The notes under the pieces are model-generated. The model was not told the DNA's origin and made no database searches. It saw only the letters and a list, made by a program, of their open reading frames with translations. From the NCBI GenBank assembly GCA_027031765.1, contig JALVPN010000031.1, positions 3,299 to 13,674 on the forward strand: a stretch of DNA of 10,376 nucleotides. The letters are read 5' to 3'. Each line of letters begins with the position of its first letter. Within the stretch, counting starts at the first letter, position 1. Origin of the DNA: Promethearchaeota archaeon. GTDB taxonomy: Archaea > Asgardarchaeota > Thorarchaeia > Thorarchaeales > Thorarchaeaceae. Below, one piece after another: positions 6,583-10,376 of this stretch. The translations under genes and the position numbers were made by a program.

Positions 6583-7554
6583 TTGGGGTTCGCGCAACAA
6601 CAGGCAGACGGGATTGAGAGAGAGATACGGGTCATCAGGGGATGTCCCTGTTTCAAGAGGTTCGGTGACGAGAAGCTCTGCGTGAATGATGACAACGTGC
6701 TCGAAGTCGAAGTGATAGAGGTGGACCCCTCCCTCTTCTCATTCCACACCACCCGCGAGGACATACTCCAGGAACAGGCACACGAGGACAACATCTGCTA
6801 CGTGTCCATCTATGTCAACTACCCCGACAACAGGGTGTACTGTGTCTCACAGGGATGGGAGCTCAGGATACACGGTCGGCACGTCCCCGGGACAGACCTG
6901 GAGGACGCACTCCAGTTCCTCTCGACAAAGGACCTGTCAGCAAGCGCTGAGATCTGCAGCGAGTGCCTGTACAAGTTCCTCCTCACCCTCAGCGACGCGT
7001 TCACCGACGAAATGTCGCCGCGTGACAGGACGGACGAGGTGAAACGGTATGTGGACAAGTTCTCACTGATGATTGCGAAGAAGCACAGCCAGATCGAGGG
7101 GCTCCTTCCTGCTGATGCCGGCGACGAGATAGAAGAAGGTGTCGACCACTTCGCATTCCTCCAAGAATACCTGGTCCGGCAACTTGAGGAGCAGGAGTAC
7201 TGGTCTACAGTCCTTGGGGACCTCAACCATGGTGACTGCAACGAGTGGCAGTGCCGGCTGGCAAGACTGCGGCTGCTGCTGGCAAGACTGGAGTTCCAGT
7301 TCTACAGTCAGACACTGCAACTCCGGGACATCTATGACTTCAACCTGATGGTAAGGATGCTGCAGTTCATCCTGAAGACGGCAGACCAGATACTGACCCT
7401 GAACAAAGAGATCCACGACGCCATCCGCACTGACAGGTTCAGGAGACTTGTAGAGTCAGACCCCAGGTTTGCCAGACTTGCAAAGTACGCGGAGAAGAGC
7501 AGGCTCATCGAACACAACTTCGGTAACATTCTCCAGATCCTGGGCAGGCTATGA
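6583..7554 (+). CDS. Hypothetical protein with RGCPCxKxFG motif and CxxC (paralog 2), 323 aa
   Basis: Long ORF colinear with 5554-6477. TTG start with GGAG about 10 nt upstream; an in-frame stop at 6541-6543 limits any 5' extension. Confidence 0.88.
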   Translation: MGFAQQQADGIEREIRVIRGCPCFKRFGDEKLCVNDDNVLEVEVIEVDPSLFSFHTTREDILQEQAHEDNICYVSIYVNYPDNRVYCVSQGWELRIHGRHVPGTDLEDALQFLSTKDLSASAEICSECLYKFLLTLSDAFTDEMSPRDRTDEVKRYVDKFSLMIAKKHSQIEGLLPADAGDEIEEGVDHFAFLQEYLVRQLEEQEYWSTVLGDLNHGDCNEWQCRLARLRLLLARLEFQFYSQTLQLRDIYDFNLMVRMLQFILKTADQILTLNKEIHDAIRTDRFRRLVESDPRFARLAKYAEKSRLIEHNFGNILQILGRL

Positions 7555-7646
7555 CGCCACCTGCCCACATGCGGCAGCACCAGACATCTTGCGGACAGGA
7601 GAGACTCCAGCGAGCACTCCACAGTGGTGACGGGAAAGTGGTGCCC

Positions 7647-8243
7647 TCATGTCCGGCTGAGGATGAACTCAAGGAAGCCAAGTGCCGTCGGCCTGTCCTC
7701 CCGCAGGTTCCACACCTCCACGTCACGCTGGTACAGCTCCATCTCCCAGACAGCGGGCACCGTGAGCTGGACAAGCGTGTCGTTGTCGAGCACCGGACCA
7801 GCCCCCAGGCCGGGACAGATATCGTGACGTGCGTGTAGCTCCCACGTAAAGTGGTCACCCTCGTCCCTGAACACGAAGGGGAAGGCAGTGCAGACGGACG
7901 GACGGATGTCATATATCAGACACGCGTTCTCATGGAGGAACACACAGGAGCCGTCCTCCAGCTTCCTCAGCGCCACGATGGCGAGGCCCTCCTCAGTGGC
8001 CGGTCGTGGGATGCCGCGGAGACCGTCGGGGACACCGCGTCCCTCAGGCAACACGTAGAAGTCGAGTGCCCGGAGGAGCTCCGGGGCCGAGAGGCCAAGG
8101 CCGTGAGCGATGCGTCGGATGTCCTCAGATGTGACGACCACGATCATCAGCGGCTCGCGACAGCAGGCGCCACACATCGTACACTCAAAACGGACAGAAC
8201 CCCGGGGCAGTGGGCCGTCCACTACTCGTGCACCCGACAACAC
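7647..8243 (-). CDS. YkgJ family cysteine-cluster protein (CxxCxxCC; Zn/Fe-S chelating)
   Basis: FECTMCGACC...GSCVFL...CLIYDIRPSVCTAFPF is the family signature. The start lies 3 nt downstream of the aminotransferase stop. Confidence 0.92.
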   Translation of the reverse strand: MLSGARVVDGPLPRGSVRFECTMCGACCREPLMIVVVTSEDIRRIAHGLGLSAPELLRALDFYVLPEGRGVPDGLRGIPRPATEEGLAIVALRKLEDGSCVFLHENACLIYDIRPSVCTAFPFVFRDEGDHFTWELHARHDICPGLGAGPVLDNDTLVQLTVPAVWEMELYQRDVEVWNLREDRPTALGFLEFILSRT

Positions 8244-8246
8244 GTC

Positions 8247-9446
8247 TCACGACCGTCTACGTACCACTCTCACAGGCACCGGCTGGAAGCGCTCAAGGAA
8301 CGCACTCATGCGGGCAAGGCCCTCACTTATCACGTCCGGGGACGTGGCATACGAGAACCTGAGGTGCCCGTCAAACTCGCGTCCGAACACCACGCCTGGC
8401 ACAGCCGTTACACCGACCTCCCGGAGGAGCATCTCTGCAAGTTCCTTGCTGGGGATGCCCAGCTGGGAGAAGTCGGGGAACACGTAGAACGCACCAAGTG
8501 GCCGGACACAACTCACGCCGTTCATCTCACAGAGCAGACGGGTCGTCAGGTCACGACGGCGCTTGTACTCGGCCCGCATCTGATTGATGAAGTCCTGGTT
8601 GCCCGTGAGCGCCTCGACACCGCCCCACTGGACGAACGAGGCGGCGCAGGACGTCGTATTCTGCTGTATCCGGATCATGTTGTTGATGGTCTCAGGGTTG
8701 CCAATGGCGTATCCCAGACGCCAGCCGGTCATGGAGTAGGCCTTCGAGAACCCGTTTATTATCAGAGTGTGTTCTAGAGAGGGGTCAATCTCAAGCATCG
8801 AGGTCTGGGTGAACCCGTCGTATACGAGCATCTCGTAGATCTCGTCACTGAACACAACAAAGTCGTAGTCAACAGCAAGGTCATGGACTAGCCGCAGGTC
8901 GTCCCGTGACAAGACGCCACCGGACGGGTTGTTCGGACTATTGATGACCAGGCAGCGACAGTCCCGTGTTATCGCTTCTTTCAGGGCCTCCTCGTCAAGC
9001 GTATAGTACACGTCGGTCGGGACTTCCACAGGGATGCCGCCCGCAGTGCGGATCATCACGTGATAGGTGGGCCACGCGGGGGTCACGAGGAGGACATCAT
9101 CATTGACATCGATTGTCGAGAGGAAGCCCATGAACAGTGCCATCTTGGCGCCAGGTGTGACTATCACGTTCTCATTGGCTGAGACATAGAGGTTGCGACG
9201 GGCATACATCTCACTGATGGCTTCCAGCAGCTCTGGGATGCCGCGTGCCGGAGTATAGCGGGTCTCACCACGTCGCAGCGCCTGTATGGCAGCGTCCACG
9301 ACATTTGTCGGGGTCGCAAAGTCAGGCTGTCCGACCTCGAAATGGTATATCCTCTTGCCCTCACGCTCAAGCTGGCTTGCAAGGTCAAATATCTTGAGGG
9401 TCCCGGAGGGTGGGATCAGGTCCATGTGATGAGAGGTCCAGTCCAT
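8247..9446 (-). CDS. Class I/II PLP-dependent aminotransferase (aspartate aminotransferase-like), 399 aa
   Basis: Motifs FEVGQPDF, YTPARGIPEL, NSPNNPSG, SDEIY and GFSKAYSMTGWRLGY (PLP lysine). The start is reassigned from 9554 to ATG 9446 (MDWTSHH), with a GGTGA SD upstream. Confidence 0.96.
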   Translation of the reverse strand: MDWTSHHMDLIPPSGTLKIFDLASQLEREGKRIYHFEVGQPDFATPTNVVDAAIQALRRGETRYTPARGIPELLEAISEMYARRNLYVSANENVIVTPGAKMALFMGFLSTIDVNDDVLLVTPAWPTYHVMIRTAGGIPVEVPTDVYYTLDEEALKEAITRDCRCLVINSPNNPSGGVLSRDDLRLVHDLAVDYDFVVFSDEIYEMLVYDGFTQTSMLEIDPSLEHTLIINGFSKAYSMTGWRLGYAIGNPETINNMIRIQQNTTSCAASFVQWGGVEALTGNQDFINQMRAEYKRRRDLTTRLLCEMNGVSCVRPLGAFYVFPDFSQLGIPSKELAEMLLREVGVTAVPGVVFGREFDGHLRFSYATSPDVISEGLARMSAFLERFQPVPVRVVRRRS

Positions 9447-9541
9447 TCGACGAGTCACCAACTGGAGTGGCAGTCCCTGCCCGGAGTGGTCGTGGGCGCA
9501 GTGAGCACCGTGTTCATGATTTATCACTTCCGGATGGGCCA

Positions 9542-10366
9542 TCAGGGCCGGCACAACTCCCGTAGCAGTGCGAGCTGGTGGTCAGTCCCGCGGACCCGGA
9601 TCCTGTCGAGCAGGCCCTGACCGAGGCCCTTCTCATATGCAGTACGGATGTAGGGAATATCTAGTGGTTCCATCCCAAAAAGGCTTGCGCAGAAAGCATC
9701 GGCTGCCACTGGGTCGAGGCTTATGACTGTACCGAAAACATTGCGGACATCACCACTCCGACGTGACCCGACCACGACCTCGGTCAGGTCAACCACCGTG
9801 AGGTCTGGAGGGAAGCGTTCGAGAATGGAGACAATGACCTCGTCGAGGTAGGGGTGGTACACGGACTTGTCCTGTACGGGTAGCAGGCCGAACAAGTTCT
9901 TTATTGCTGCGCTCATGCGGTGAGTGCGTGGACTGAACTTTAGTGTGGCCACATTTACGAAGAATGTCATCTCGGTCAGGAGGGCCGGCATCTGTACCTG
10001 GCCCAGATGTGGGGAGGAGAACGAGACCGGCACCGTTGGGTGTGCTGACAGGTTGACAAGATGTGCCCCCAGTCCCTCCAGCGACGTATATCCGCACTCA
10101 AGAAATGCCAGTTCGGCCGGGCGGACCGGGTTGTCACTCTCCACAATGAACTGCTCCCCGAGTCCACTGAAGGTCCTCACAAGCGTGTGGAGCAGCTCGG
10201 CACTCGTGTTCCCTGGGAGGGACGGGTCGTATGCTGCGGGCTTGAAGACAATGCGCTGCCGTCCGCCATGAACGGGCAGCGGTGTGCCTAGTCTTCGCAG
10301 GGCTGTACTGATAGCCTCCTTTGGGTTGCGACGCACAGCGACCGCAACGTCCACCATTCCTGACAA
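9542..10366 (-). CDS. DUF362 domain-containing protein
   Basis: IVFKP..., IVESD, LVNLS, SAAIKNLFGLLP and DPVAADAFCASLFGMEPLDIPYIRTAYEKGLG match the DUF362 pattern. The start is TTG 10366 (GGTGA upstream) or ATG 10357, and the frame stays open to the window edge. Confidence 0.85.
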   Translation of the reverse strand: MSGMVDVAVAVRRNPKEAISTALRRLGTPLPVHGGRQRIVFKPAAYDPSLPGNTSAELLHTLVRTFSGLGEQFIVESDNPVRPAELAFLECGYTSLEGLGAHLVNLSAHPTVPVSFSSPHLGQVQMPALLTEMTFFVNVATLKFSPRTHRMSAAIKNLFGLLPVQDKSVYHPYLDEVIVSILERFPPDLTVVDLTEVVVGSRRSGDVRNVFGTVISLDPVAADAFCASLFGMEPLDIPYIRTAYEKGLGQGLLDRIRVRGTDHQLALLRELCRP

Positions 10367-10376
10367 CCAGTCACCC

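Noticed and set aside
7851-8777. 308-aa plus-strand ORF (and similar long antisense ORFs at 5566-6222, 2551-3264 and 3866-4399)
   Set aside because: These are shadow ORFs opposite well-supported genes, expected from GC-rich codon bias.
9447-9554. 36-aa His-rich N-terminal extension of the aminotransferase (HPEVINHEHGAHCAHDH)
   Set aside because: It looks like a metal-binding tag, but ATG 9446 has a GGTGA SD and gives a normal 399-aa enzyme. The extension overlaps the DUF362 3' end and is probably intergenic.

Overview
GC-rich archaeal chromosomal window. It has GGAGG/GGTGA ribosome-binding sites and TATA-like boxes about 26 nt upstream of several starts. An Asgard/Thorarchaeia-like origin is my inference and is not proven. 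Recognisable metabolic genes are a 5'-truncated SCP2-type thiolase with its overlapping DUF35 Zn-ribbon/OB-fold partner, an enoyl-CoA hydratase, an MBL-fold hydrolase, and a minus-strand DUF362 / class I PLP aminotransferase / YkgJ CxxCxxCC run. Between them lie things the ORF track does not explain: (i) a tandem pair of ~112-aa helical paralogs of unknown function (1478-2368, -); (ii) a truncated FGGY sugar-kinase remnant; (iii) a 54-aa ribbon-helix-helix regulator missed by the ORF track (5015-5179); and (iv) a tandem pair of ~310-320-aa paralogs of unknown function with an N-terminal RGCPCxKxFG motif and seven shared cysteines (5554-7554, +). Item (iv) is the best candidate for an undescribed system. 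I found no rRNA, tRNA, CRISPR array or mobile element.
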